Source: SAR86 cluster bacterium AG-422-P06
Lineage (GTDB): Bacteria > Pseudomonadota > Gammaproteobacteria > Magnimaribacterales > TMED112
DNA: 64,000 nucleotides
Assembly (NCBI GenBank): GCA_003213455.1
Contig: QCMX01000001.1
Span: 67,497-131,496 of the forward strand
Reading direction: 5' to 3'
Of this stretch, positions 38,336 through 46,737 are shown one piece after another. The notes below the pieces were generated by a model. The model worked only from the letters and a program-made list of their open reading frames with translations, did not search any database and was not told the origin of the DNA. The translations under genes were made by a program, and so were the position numbers. Every line of letters begins with the position of its first letter. The first letter of the stretch is position 1.

Positions 38336-39349
38336 ATGAGAAAAGCATTAATCTCTGGCATAACTGGCCAAGACGGATCATATCTTGCTGAAATTCTACT
38401 AGACAAGGGTTACGAAGTTCATGGAATCTTAAGAAGATCATCTAGTTTTAATACATCAAGAATAGATCATATATTTGATCAACTTAAATTACACTATGGT
38501 GATTTAGTTGATAGCCAGTCTTTAAGCTCTCTTGTAAGTGATATAAAGCCTGATGAGATATATAACTTAGGAGCACAAAGCCATGTAAAAGTTTCTTTTG
38601 AGATACCTGATTATACTGCTCAGGTTGATGCTCTAGGTACTTTGCGATTTTTAGAAGCCATTAGGAGTTGTGGGCTTTCAGAAACTGTAAAATTTTATCA
38701 AGCTTCAACTTCAGAACTTTATGGATTAGTTCAAGAAGTGCCCCAAAAAGAAACCACACCTTTTTACCCACGTTCACCTTATGGTGTAGCTAAATTATAT
38801 GGGTATTGGATAGTAAAAAATTACAGAGAGGCATACGGATTGCATGCAAGCTCCGGGATTTTATTTAATCATGAGTCGCCAAGAAGAGGAGAAACATTTG
38901 TTACAAAAAAAATAACGAAAGGACTATCAAGGATCAAGAGAGGAATGCAAGAAAAAATTACATTAGGCAATATCTATGCAAAAAGAGATTGGGGTCATGC
39001 AAAAGATTTTTGCAATGCAATGTGGCTAATCTTGCAGCAAGAAAAACCAGATGATTATGTTATTTCTACTGATCAGCAAGTAAGTGTTAAAGATTTTATA
39101 AATATGTGTCTTGAAATCCTAGGTTTTAGTGTTGAATGGAAAGGTGAGGGTATTAATGAAGTTTGCATTGATACTAAAACTGGCAAAGTCATAATTGATA
39201 TTTCCAAAAAATATTTTAGACCCAGTGAAGTGGAGACTCTTTTAGGCGATTCTACAAAAGCAAGAAAGCAACTTAATTGGAAGCCAACATATAACCTTAA
39301 AGACCTTGCTAAAGAAATGATCGAATATGACTTAGAAGAAATTAAGTAA
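38336..39349 (+). CDS. gmd: GDP-mannose 4,6-dehydratase
   Basis: 337 aa. [51 protein letters not shown] (YxxxK), [19 protein letters not shown]. Confidence 0.96.
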   Translation: MRKALISGITGQDGSYLAEILLDKGYEVHGILRRSSSFNTSRIDHIFDQLKLHYGDLVDSQSLSSLVSDIKPDEIYNLGAQSHVKVSFEIPDYTAQVDALGTLRFLEAIRSCGLSETVKFYQASTSELYGLVQEVPQKETTPFYPRSPYGVAKLYGYWIVKNYREAYGLHASSGILFNHESPRRGETFVTKKITKGLSRIKRGMQEKITLGNIYAKRDWGHAKDFCNAMWLILQQEKPDDYVISTDQQVSVKDFINMCLEILGFSVEWKGEGINEVCIDTKTGKVIIDISKKYFRPSEVETLLGDSTKARKQLNWKPTYNLKDLAKEMIEYDLEEIK

Positions 39350-40261
39350 ATGAAAATACTTATTTCTGGCGGAAATGGAATGGTTGGAACCAATCTAAGA
39401 AAATATTTATCACATGACCACCATCAAATATTATCTCCAAATAGGAGTGAGTTAAATTTACTAGATAAAGAAGCTGTTAATTTTTATCTAAAAGAAAATA
39501 AACCAGATACGGTAATTCATTGTGCAGGTTTAGTTGGAGGGATTGCAATGAATATTAATAATCAAGCATTGTCATTGCATAACAATACAGTAATGGGCTT
39601 AAACCTAATAAGTGCTTCGAAAGACAATGGCGTAAAAAAATTTATTAATTTAGGTAGTAGCTGTATGTATCCAAAAGACCTGAATGGTGAGTTGAAAGTT
39701 AAAGATTTATTGTCTGGAAAACTTGAACCAACAAATGAGGGTTATGCCATATCAAAAATTTTGATATGGAAATACTTGAAGCATTTATCTGATGATACTT
39801 TCGTTGGAAAAACTATTATTCCATGCAACCTCTATGGGCCTTTTGATAATTTTGATCCTATAAATGCACATCTTATACCTGCAGCAATAGTTAAAGCTCA
39901 TAATGCAAGACATAAAAATCAAAAAATTGAAATTTGGGGAAAAGGTGAAGTAAAGCGTGAGTTTCTGTTTGTTAAGGATTTAGCTAATTTCATAAAGATT
40001 TTTTTAGAAAGCTTCGATAGCATGCCAGCAGAGTGCAATTTGGGTGCTGAAAAAGACTACACTGTTTTAGAGTTTTATAAAAAAATTTGTGATACTGTTG
40101 GCATTCAGGAAAACTTTATTTTTTTAACTGAAAAACCTACGGGAATGAAACGTAAGAAACTTCAAATAGATTTTCAGAAATCAATAAATTGGAAACCAAA
40201 TTATAATTTAGAACAAGGGTTGGGTGAAACATATGAATTCTATAAAAAAACCATTAAATAA
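39350..40261 (+). CDS. GDP-L-fucose synthase family epimerase/reductase (Fcl, or its homologue GDP-L-colitose synthase ColC)
   Basis: 303 aa, collinear with Fcl: ELNLLD, AGLVGGI, LGSSCMYPK, LEPTNEGYAISK, CNLYGPFDNF, HLIPA. Starts 1 nt after the gmd stop. Fcl versus ColC cannot be separated by eye. Confidence 0.85.
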   Translation: MKILISGGNGMVGTNLRKYLSHDHHQILSPNRSELNLLDKEAVNFYLKENKPDTVIHCAGLVGGIAMNINNQALSLHNNTVMGLNLISASKDNGVKKFINLGSSCMYPKDLNGELKVKDLLSGKLEPTNEGYAISKILIWKYLKHLSDDTFVGKTIIPCNLYGPFDNFDPINAHLIPAAIVKAHNARHKNQKIEIWGKGEVKREFLFVKDLANFIKIFLESFDSMPAECNLGAEKDYTVLEFYKKICDTVGIQENFIFLTEKPTGMKRKKLQIDFQKSINWKPNYNLEQGLGETYEFYKKTIK

Positions 40262-41399
40262 GCTTAGCCTGGCTTACAGCACATGGGATGAGAAAGAATT
40301 GTCAGCAATGAATAATGTAATCAGCTCAGGTACATTCACTATGGGGAATAATGTAAGAGAATTTGAGGCTAATTTTTCTAAATTTATTGGCACAAATTAT
40401 TCAGTCATGGTTAATTCGGGGTCTTCGGCAAATTTATTAATGGTTGCCGCATTATTTGCTCAAAAAAAATTAAAAAAAGGTGATGAAATTATAGTGCCTG
40501 CAGTTTCATGGAGTACAACCTTCTTACCTCTTCAGCAACATGGCCTTAAAGTAAAATTTATTGATATTGACCTAGAGACACTGAACTTAGATTTAAAACA
40601 GCTCAAAAAAGCGATTTCAGCAAAAACTAAAGCAATTTTTCTAGTAAATTTACTGGGAAATCCTATAGACATAAATGAGCTAAACAAAATTGTTAACAGA
40701 GAAAAAATTTACATCATAGAGGATAACTGTGAATCATTAGGCGCTAAAATTGAAAGCAGAAGAGCAGGAACTTTTGGAATTATGTCTTCACATAGCTTCT
40801 TTTTTTCACATCATATCTCAACAATGGAAGGCGGAATGATCTCAACAGATGATGAAGAACTTTATCTGGTCTTGAAATCATTAAGAGCGCATGGGTGGAC
40901 GAGAGATTTGCCAGACGAATCTAATTTGCATTCAAAATCTAAAGATCCATTCTATGACATGTTCAACTTTATAATTCCAGGGTACAACGTAAGACCTTTA
41001 GAGCTTAGTGGTGCCATAGGAATAGAGCAATTAAAAAAATTAGATCATCTTATTAAAATTAGAAGGCAAAATGCAAAACTTTTTAATGAAATAATGGCTG
41101 ACAAAAAAGATATTTTAATACAGAAGGAGGTTGGTCAAAGCTCATGGTTTGGTTTTAGCATGATAAATAAAAATGAAAAAATTTCACCCAAGGAATTTAG
41201 AAAAAAAATTTCAGATCTGGGTTTTGAAATAAGACCTATAGTTGCGGGCAATTTTACAAGAAATAAAGTTATTGAATACTTTGATTTTGAAGTTTTTGGT
41301 GATCTAAAAAATGCTGACTACCTTCATGATAATGGTTTATTTATTGGTAACAATTCAATTGATATTTCAGATCATCTTGAAAGACTTATTGATTTATAA
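40224..41399 (+). CDS. DegT/DnrJ/EryC1/StrS-family PLP enzyme of the sugar 3-dehydratase subclass (ColD-like GDP-4-keto-6-deoxy-D-mannose 3-dehydratase)
   Basis: 391 aa (GTG at 40224; ATG at 40233 is the alternative). Motifs STWDEKELSAMNNVISSGTFTMG and NSGSSANLL. At the position of the Schiff-base lysine motif (SF..tK..t.GEGG) it reads SFFFSHHISTMEGG, with His instead of Lys. Adjacent to gmd and fcl/colC. Confidence 0.75.
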   Translation: MKHMNSIKKPLNKLSLAYSTWDEKELSAMNNVISSGTFTMGNNVREFEANFSKFIGTNYSVMVNSGSSANLLMVAALFAQKKLKKGDEIIVPAVSWSTTFLPLQQHGLKVKFIDIDLETLNLDLKQLKKAISAKTKAIFLVNLLGNPIDINELNKIVNREKIYIIEDNCESLGAKIESRRAGTFGIMSSHSFFFSHHISTMEGGMISTDDEELYLVLKSLRAHGWTRDLPDESNLHSKSKDPFYDMFNFIIPGYNVRPLELSGAIGIEQLKKLDHLIKIRRQNAKLFNEIMADKKDILIQKEVGQSSWFGFSMINKNEKISPKEFRKKISDLGFEIRPIVAGNFTRNKVIEYFDFEVFGDLKNADYLHDNGLFIGNNSIDISDHLERLIDL

Positions 41400-41413
41400 T
41401 TACAGAACATAAA

Positions 41414-41487
41414 GGCTGAGTGGCAGAGTGGTTATGCAGCGGACTGCAACTCCGTGTACATCGGTTCGATTCCGTTCTCAGCCTCCA
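41414..41487 (+). tRNA. tRNA-Cys (anticodon GCA)
   Basis: 74 nt folded by hand. Acceptor GGCTGAG/CTCAGCC (7 bp). D-arm GCAG..ATGC with a 13:22 mismatch. Anticodon stem GCGGA/TCCGT with loop CTGCAAC. 4-nt variable loop. T-arm ATCGG-TTCGATT-CCGTT (one U-U mismatch). Discriminator U73 and encoded CCA. Architecture parallels E. coli tRNA-Cys. Confidence 0.9.
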
Positions 41488-41491
41488 GATT

Positions 41492-42442
41492 ATGAAAATT
41501 TTAGTATCAGGATCATCAGGCTTTATTGGCTTTCATTTAATCAAAGAACTATTAAACGCTGGTCATGAGGTTGTAGGATTTGATAACCATAATGATTATT
41601 ACAACCCTGATTTGAAATTGAAAAGATTAACTCTTCTTAGTTCAAAAAAATTTACCTTCTATGAGTTAGATTTAAATAATATTCTTATAAATGATCAAGA
41701 TTTTGACTTAGCTATAAATTTGGCTGCTCAAGCTGGAGTAAGAGTGCCTGCAGAAAAGGACTATCTTTATGAAACCACAAATATAGAAGGTTTCAATTCG
41801 TTCTGTAATTTCTGCGCAAAGAGAAATATCAAAAAAATTATTTATGCCTCAAGTAGTTCTGTATATTCCGATATAAATGAGGGCAAATTTGATGAAGTAA
41901 ATACTCCCTTAAAACCTAAGTCAAAATATGGCAAATCAAAAATTGCAAATGAGCTACATGCATCAGAACTCGCCAAGTTAGATGATTTATCGATGGTTGG
42001 CCTTAGATTTTTTTCAGTTTATGGCCCATTTGGAAGGCCAGACATGGCGTATTATGCTTTTGCACAAGCAATAAAAAATAAGCACACTGTTACATTAAAT
42101 AATGAAGGCAATATGTACAGAGACATGACTTATATAGATGATATTATTCAAGGGGTCCTAGGGGCAATAAATTATGCTGCCAATCCAAAAAATATATATA
42201 AGAATGAGATATTTAACTTAGGGAATGATGCTCCCATTAAAACAAAATATATGTTAAATACAATTGAAAAATATCTTGGCAAAAAAGCAATAATTCAACA
42301 ATGTAAAACAAATAATGAGAATTTAAAAACCCATGCAAATATCACTAAGGCAAAAAATTTATTAGGATATGAGCCTAGAGTATCATTTGATGAGGGTATT
42401 GAAAGATTTCTTGATTGGTATAAGTATTATGAAAATATATAG
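41492..42442 (+). CDS. NAD-dependent epimerase, UDP-glucuronate 4-epimerase family
   Basis: 316 aa from ATG 41492 (MKILVSGSSGFIGFHL). The ORF-track start at 41420 reads through the tRNA and is spurious. Motifs YASSSSVY, YGKSKIANE (YxxxK), GLRFFSVYGPFGRPDMA are typical of Cap1J/LpsL-type UDP-GlcA 4-epimerases. Confidence 0.85.
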   Translation: MKILVSGSSGFIGFHLIKELLNAGHEVVGFDNHNDYYNPDLKLKRLTLLSSKKFTFYELDLNNILINDQDFDLAINLAAQAGVRVPAEKDYLYETTNIEGFNSFCNFCAKRNIKKIIYASSSSVYSDINEGKFDEVNTPLKPKSKYGKSKIANELHASELAKLDDLSMVGLRFFSVYGPFGRPDMAYYAFAQAIKNKHTVTLNNEGNMYRDMTYIDDIIQGVLGAINYAANPKNIYKNEIFNLGNDAPIKTKYMLNTIEKYLGKKAIIQQCKTNNENLKTHANITKAKNLLGYEPRVSFDEGIERFLDWYKYYENI

Positions 42443-43292
42443 AAAGCTTAAGTTAGGAATAGTTGGGCATGGGTTTGTTGGCAAAGCTACTGATTGGGGT
42501 TTTAACAGACGTACAAGTAAATTTATCGTAGACCCATTATTGAATACTACAACAAGTGACCTGAGAGGTTTTGAACCAGAAATAGTCTTTGTGTGTGTCC
42601 CTACGCCAATGAGTGATGATGGCAGTCTCGATTCATCGATTATTAAAGGAGTTATTAAAGAATTGGTTTTATATTGCCCAAATGCTATCAAAGTTATTAA
42701 AAGTACAATTATTCCATCTCTGCTAGAAGAGTTGCATGAATTAGACTCCAAATTAGTTTATAACCCAGAATTTCTTAGAGAAAAGCACGCCAATTCTGAT
42801 TTTATTAACTCTGACATGATTATTTTCGGTGGCGATAGAAATATTTCTACCCAAGTTTCAAATGCGTACTTAAAGCACTCTAGGTGCAAAACAAAAGAGC
42901 ACATATTTACTGATCTGAAGACGGCCTCTCTTATAAAATATTCCATAAATACATTTCTAGCCTCAAAAGTAATTTTTTTTAATGAACTTCATTCTATTTA
43001 TGAAAAACTTAATGTAAAAGATAGCTGGGAGTCATTTGTAAACATCATCTCTCGAGATAAAAGGATTGGAAGCAGTCATATGAATGTTCCTGGACATGAT
43101 GGCAGGAAAGGTTTTGGTGGTGCATGTTTCCCTAAAGATAGCTTGGCCTTGATTAAATTTGCCAATAGCCAGGGTATAGATTTAAATTCATTAATATCAA
43201 CAGTCAAAATAAATAATAAAATTAGATCTCAATATAAGGAGCCAGAATCAAGGGAATCTGAGCAAAATGTATCATTCGATGATAAAATTTGA
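42429..43292 (+). CDS. UDP-glucose/GDP-mannose dehydrogenase-family protein, short (no C-terminal UDP-binding domain)
   Basis: 287 aa from ATG 42429 (MKIYRKLKLGIVGHGFVGKA). Motifs NPEFLREK and catalytic-Cys GFGGACFPKD are present. The protein ends about 55 aa after the catalytic Cys, with a hydrophilic tail (YKEPESRESEQNVSFDDKI), 7 nt before tRNA-Leu. Confidence 0.7.
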   Translation: MKIYRKLKLGIVGHGFVGKATDWGFNRRTSKFIVDPLLNTTTSDLRGFEPEIVFVCVPTPMSDDGSLDSSIIKGVIKELVLYCPNAIKVIKSTIIPSLLEELHELDSKLVYNPEFLREKHANSDFINSDMIIFGGDRNISTQVSNAYLKHSRCKTKEHIFTDLKTASLIKYSINTFLASKVIFFNELHSIYEKLNVKDSWESFVNIISRDKRIGSSHMNVPGHDGRKGFGGACFPKDSLALIKFANSQGIDLNSLISTVKINNKIRSQYKEPESRESEQNVSFDDKI

Positions 43293-43299
43293 CGCTATT

Positions 43300-43386
43300 G
43301 CCCAGGTGGTGAAATTGGTAGACACAAGGGACTTAAAATCCCTCGAAGGAAACTTCGTGCCGGTTCAAGTCCGGCCCTGGGCACCA
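43300..43386 (+). tRNA. tRNA-Leu (anticodon UAA)
   Basis: 87-nt class II tRNA. Acceptor GCCCAGG/CCTGGGC. Anticodon arm AGGGA-CTTAAAA-TCCCT. Long variable arm CGAAGGAAACTTCG. T-arm GCCGG-TTCAAGT-CCGGC. Discriminator A and encoded CCA. Closely parallels E. coli leuZ. Confidence 0.93.
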
Positions 43387-43403
43387 TTTACAAGAATTCG
43401 AGT

Positions 43404-44930
43404 ATGTGCGGTTTATTTATAAGTAATTATGATTTCAAAAATAAGAATATTGAAAGTATCATTGAAAAAAATCTTCGTTTTAGAGGGCCAGATGGTTCTT
43501 CTGGTATATTAAAAAATAATGGGTGGATTTCATATCACTCAAGATTGGCAATAATTGATCTTAGCAGCACAGTAAATCAGCCAGTCATCAACTCTGATTC
43601 CAGTCAATTAGTATTTAATGGTGAGATTTTAAACTACAAAGAATTAGGATTGCATTATTTCAACAAGGAATATAACAGTGACACTTTCTTGCTTAATGAT
43701 TTAATTGTATTTGAAAAATTAAACTTATCAGAGCTTGATGGTTTTTTCTCATTCGTTTTTATTGATGGTGATGGAAAAATTAAATATGCATGCCGTGATA
43801 AGTTTGGTGTAAAACCACTATTTTTTCATAAATCTAATGAACAAATAACCTTTGCTTCTGAACCTAACGTTCTTCAAGATTTATTCTCCCCATCCATAAA
43901 TGAGGAAGCAGTTGAAGAATACAAAGCATTCAGAGCACCAATCTTCGAAGGTAGTTTTTACAATTCAATTCAGCAAGTAGATCCCGGACATTGCTTTATT
44001 AATGGAAGGTTTTTCAGTGCTGAGATCGAATTACTTAATGCAAAAAAAAGTTCTTCATCAAAAAATAACGAAACGCTCAAAAAAGCAATTAAGCAAGGAG
44101 TAAAAAGTCGCTGTGTATCAGATGCCCCTGTTGGTTTGCTTTTAAGTAAAGGTATAGATAGTAATCTTATAAAACATACTGAAGATTTCAAAAATATGTA
44201 TTCAGTAGGTTTCTGCGGGGATGAAGATATTGAATATTTGTCTGATCAAAATATTGATGGACTAAAAATATTAAATGTTGATAAAGATGAATTTGTCAAA
44301 GCTTTCGATTACCTATTAAGTTTAAGAAAGGAACCATTATCAGTGCCAAATGAAGTTTTATTATACTTAATCGCATTAAAAGCGAAGGGAGACGGGATAA
44401 AAGTTTTACTTTCTGGTGAGGGTGCTGATGAATTTTTTGGTGGTTATGACCGAATTTTTACATGGGCAGCAAATAATCAAAATTTTGATCTTGAGAGTTT
44501 TTTAGAGCTTTATGCGTATACTGAAATTAAAAAAGGATCAAAACTTTATCAAAAAATGGAAAGTTTGTTCTCTAATTGCACGATAAAGAATACATTTGAA
44601 CTAGTAAGATGGTTTTTCATTCGATACCACATGCCAATACTGTTCAGGCGATTAGATTTTTCTTTAATGGCTGCTGGTGTTGAAGGGCGAGAGCCAATTG
44701 CTAATGCTCATTTATTTTCAGTTTGTAGCATGCTTTCAGGTGATGATTTGATGATTAATGGTCTAGGAAAAAAACCACTAAGAGAAATACTTTCGGAATA
44801 TTTAGGAGAAGATTTTGCTTACGCAAATAAAGTTGGATTTCCAGTTGATTTAACTAAGATTTTTAGTAATCCTGATAAACTATCATCATATGAACTTTGG
44901 TTCTCAAAAAATTTAGAGGTATTGCGATGA
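43404..44930 (+). CDS. asparagine synthase (glutamine-hydrolysing)-like amidotransferase
   Basis: 508 aa. N-terminal Ntn nucleophile MCGLF, followed by RGPDG and HSRLAIIDL. Synthetase-domain motif LLSGEGADEFFGGYDR. Confidence 0.85.
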   Translation: MCGLFISNYDFKNKNIESIIEKNLRFRGPDGSSGILKNNGWISYHSRLAIIDLSSTVNQPVINSDSSQLVFNGEILNYKELGLHYFNKEYNSDTFLLNDLIVFEKLNLSELDGFFSFVFIDGDGKIKYACRDKFGVKPLFFHKSNEQITFASEPNVLQDLFSPSINEEAVEEYKAFRAPIFEGSFYNSIQQVDPGHCFINGRFFSAEIELLNAKKSSSSKNNETLKKAIKQGVKSRCVSDAPVGLLLSKGIDSNLIKHTEDFKNMYSVGFCGDEDIEYLSDQNIDGLKILNVDKDEFVKAFDYLLSLRKEPLSVPNEVLLYLIALKAKGDGIKVLLSGEGADEFFGGYDRIFTWAANNQNFDLESFLELYAYTEIKKGSKLYQKMESLFSNCTIKNTFELVRWFFIRYHMPILFRRLDFSLMAAGVEGREPIANAHLFSVCSMLSGDDLMINGLGKKPLREILSEYLGEDFAYANKVGFPVDLTKIFSNPDKLSSYELWFSKNLEVLR

Positions 44931-45343
44931 TTGTTGGATATACAACAGGTGTTTATGATTTGTTCCATGTTGGGCACGTTAATATGCTCAAAAATGCAAA
45001 ATCGATGTGCGATCGTTTGATTGTGGGAGTTACAGTCGATGAACTTGTTGCTTACAAAAATAAAAAAGCTGTAATACCGTTTTCAGAAAGAATTGAAATT
45101 GTTAGTGCATGTCGATATGTTGATCTTGCTGTACCTCAAACAAGCATGAACAAAATTGATGCACATAGACGCTATAAATTCCATAAAATGTTTGTTGGTG
45201 ATGACTGGTATAAGACGGATAAATGGGATGAATATGAGAAGCAGTTCGAAGCTATAGGTGTGGAAATAATATATTTTCCTTACACAAAAAATACTAGCTC
45301 TACTTTAATCAATAACACTTTAAAAAAGCTTAGGAAATCTTGA
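44927..45343 (+). CDS. glycerol-3-phosphate cytidylyltransferase (TagD-like)
   Basis: 138 aa from ATG 44927 (ATGA overlap with the upstream stop). Motifs GYTTGVYDLFHVGHVNMLKNAK...RLIVGVTVDE and CRYVDLAV are typical of the TagD/CTP_transf_like family. Confidence 0.85.
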   Translation: MIVGYTTGVYDLFHVGHVNMLKNAKSMCDRLIVGVTVDELVAYKNKKAVIPFSERIEIVSACRYVDLAVPQTSMNKIDAHRRYKFHKMFVGDDWYKTDKWDEYEKQFEAIGVEIIYFPYTKNTSSTLINNTLKKLRKS

Positions 45344-45393
45344 TTTGCACTTATATGTTCGTGTTTTTAAATAAAAAATACTGTTTATAAATA

Positions 45394-46695
45394 ATGAAAT
45401 ATTTGCTGATAGGTTTAAAAAAAATTTCTCAAAATTCATTAATAAGCAAATTCATTTCTAGTGCTTCAGAAAAATATATTTCTTCTTTAATTTCAGTTAT
45501 AGCCACTTTATTATTGACTTACCTATATGGTCTCGAACTAATTGGTTTTGTTGGTGTTTTTAGCATTTTTGTTGCTATTGGCCATATTCTTAGTAGCGCA
45601 GGCATTGGACAAATTATTCTTCGCTATGACATGACAGCTGGAATTTTGGCAGCACTTTTTCTGGTGAATGCGTTTATTGGTTGTTGTATTTTCCTTAGTT
45701 TTATATTGCTTGGCGATATATTCTCAGATTGGGCAAATGTTGAAAACTTCGATCAGGTTTTCAAATTTTATTGCTCAATAGTGGTTTTTAACGCTGTAAG
45801 TATGGTTCCAGTAGCCATAGTTACTAAAATCGGTAATTTTAAAATTTTAAACATTGCAAATTTATTGGCAATGATTTTGTCAATTTTTATTGTGTTAACG
45901 ACAGTAGATAAGGAGAATTATTTTTGGGCGAGCTTATATTTTGTATATTTTTATGGGTTCAGGGCATTCTTTTTATTAATTTATGTCAGGAAAATGGTTT
46001 GGGCTAAACCAAATTTTCTTCAATCTAGACAGTACATAAAATTTGGCTCTTATGTTTTTAGTGCAAACGTCTTGAAAACAGCAAGTGAAAATACTCTATC
46101 ATTTCTTCTTCCTAGCCTTGTAGGTCTTCAGTATGCTGGCTTTTATGGACTACTTGTTAAAGCAAGAGAGCTCATTGTCGGTTCACTCTCACATGCTATT
46201 CATAGAGTCATTTATGTTGAGAGATCAAAAGGTAATTATTCAAATTCTTATCCTAGGAATTCAGCATTGTTTTTAACAATATTTGCTTCTCTGTTCTGGG
46301 TTTGCTTAGCTATTTTTATTGATGATTTTTTAATTTATTTCGAAGTTAGATCTCTTAATAATCCTGATTTAACCTTAAAAGTATTTTTATTTGTACTCAT
46401 AACTACATTATTTTTACCAGCGTACAATATCTTTACTCAAATGATTCAATATAGTGATGTTAGGTTTTTTTCCTATATTGAAAATGCTTATGCTCTATCC
46501 TTTTTATTTATTGCTCTCTTCTATAGAGATACGCCAGGTTTAATCTTTACATTGCTTGGCTTGGTTGTAATATTTTTTGCAGTTATTGCTATATTAAAGT
46601 TCGAAAAAACCAACAAATTACGATTGCTTTCTCTAGTCTTTTTCTTAGGATTTTTTGCAGCATGCTATTTATTAATTTGGTGGTTGTTAAAATAA
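45394..46695 (+). CDS. wzx: polysaccharide flippase (Wzx-like, MOP/PST superfamily)
   Basis: 433 aa and highly hydrophobic, with about 12 predicted TM segments by eye. Located in the polysaccharide locus next to Wzy and glycosyltransferases. Confidence 0.65.
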   Translation: MKYLLIGLKKISQNSLISKFISSASEKYISSLISVIATLLLTYLYGLELIGFVGVFSIFVAIGHILSSAGIGQIILRYDMTAGILAALFLVNAFIGCCIFLSFILLGDIFSDWANVENFDQVFKFYCSIVVFNAVSMVPVAIVTKIGNFKILNIANLLAMILSIFIVLTTVDKENYFWASLYFVYFYGFRAFFLLIYVRKMVWAKPNFLQSRQYIKFGSYVFSANVLKTASENTLSFLLPSLVGLQYAGFYGLLVKARELIVGSLSHAIHRVIYVERSKGNYSNSYPRNSALFLTIFASLFWVCLAIFIDDFLIYFEVRSLNNPDLTLKVFLFVLITTLFLPAYNIFTQMIQYSDVRFFSYIENAYALSFLFIALFYRDTPGLIFTLLGLVVIFFAVIAILKFEKTNKLRLLSLVFFLGFFAACYLLIWWLLK

Positions 46696-46737
46696 CTAAG
46701 AAAGTATGGTGATTAAATGCAGAGGCTAGATATATAG

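Noticed and set aside
41420-41491. N-terminal 24 codons of ORF-track entry 41420..42442 (MAEWLCSGLQLRVHRFDSVLSLQI…)
   Set aside because: These codons are a translation through tRNA-Cys (41414-41487). The epimerase homology and Rossmann motif begin at MKILVSGSSGFIG (ATG 41492).
42369-42428. Upstream extension of the Ugd-like ORF (MSLEYHLMRVLKDFLIGISI…)
   Set aside because: It lies entirely inside the epimerase C-terminus in another frame. The dehydrogenase Rossmann motif follows the ATG at 42429.
41414-43386. tRNA-Cys … tRNA-Leu bracketed two-gene block as an integrative genomic island
   Set aside because: There is no integrase, transposase or phage gene. I could not spot a direct repeat of either tRNA 3' end in the flanks by eye. 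The enclosed genes fit functionally with their neighbours. A computational repeat search (for example for CCCTGGGCACCA downstream) would be needed to exclude it fully.
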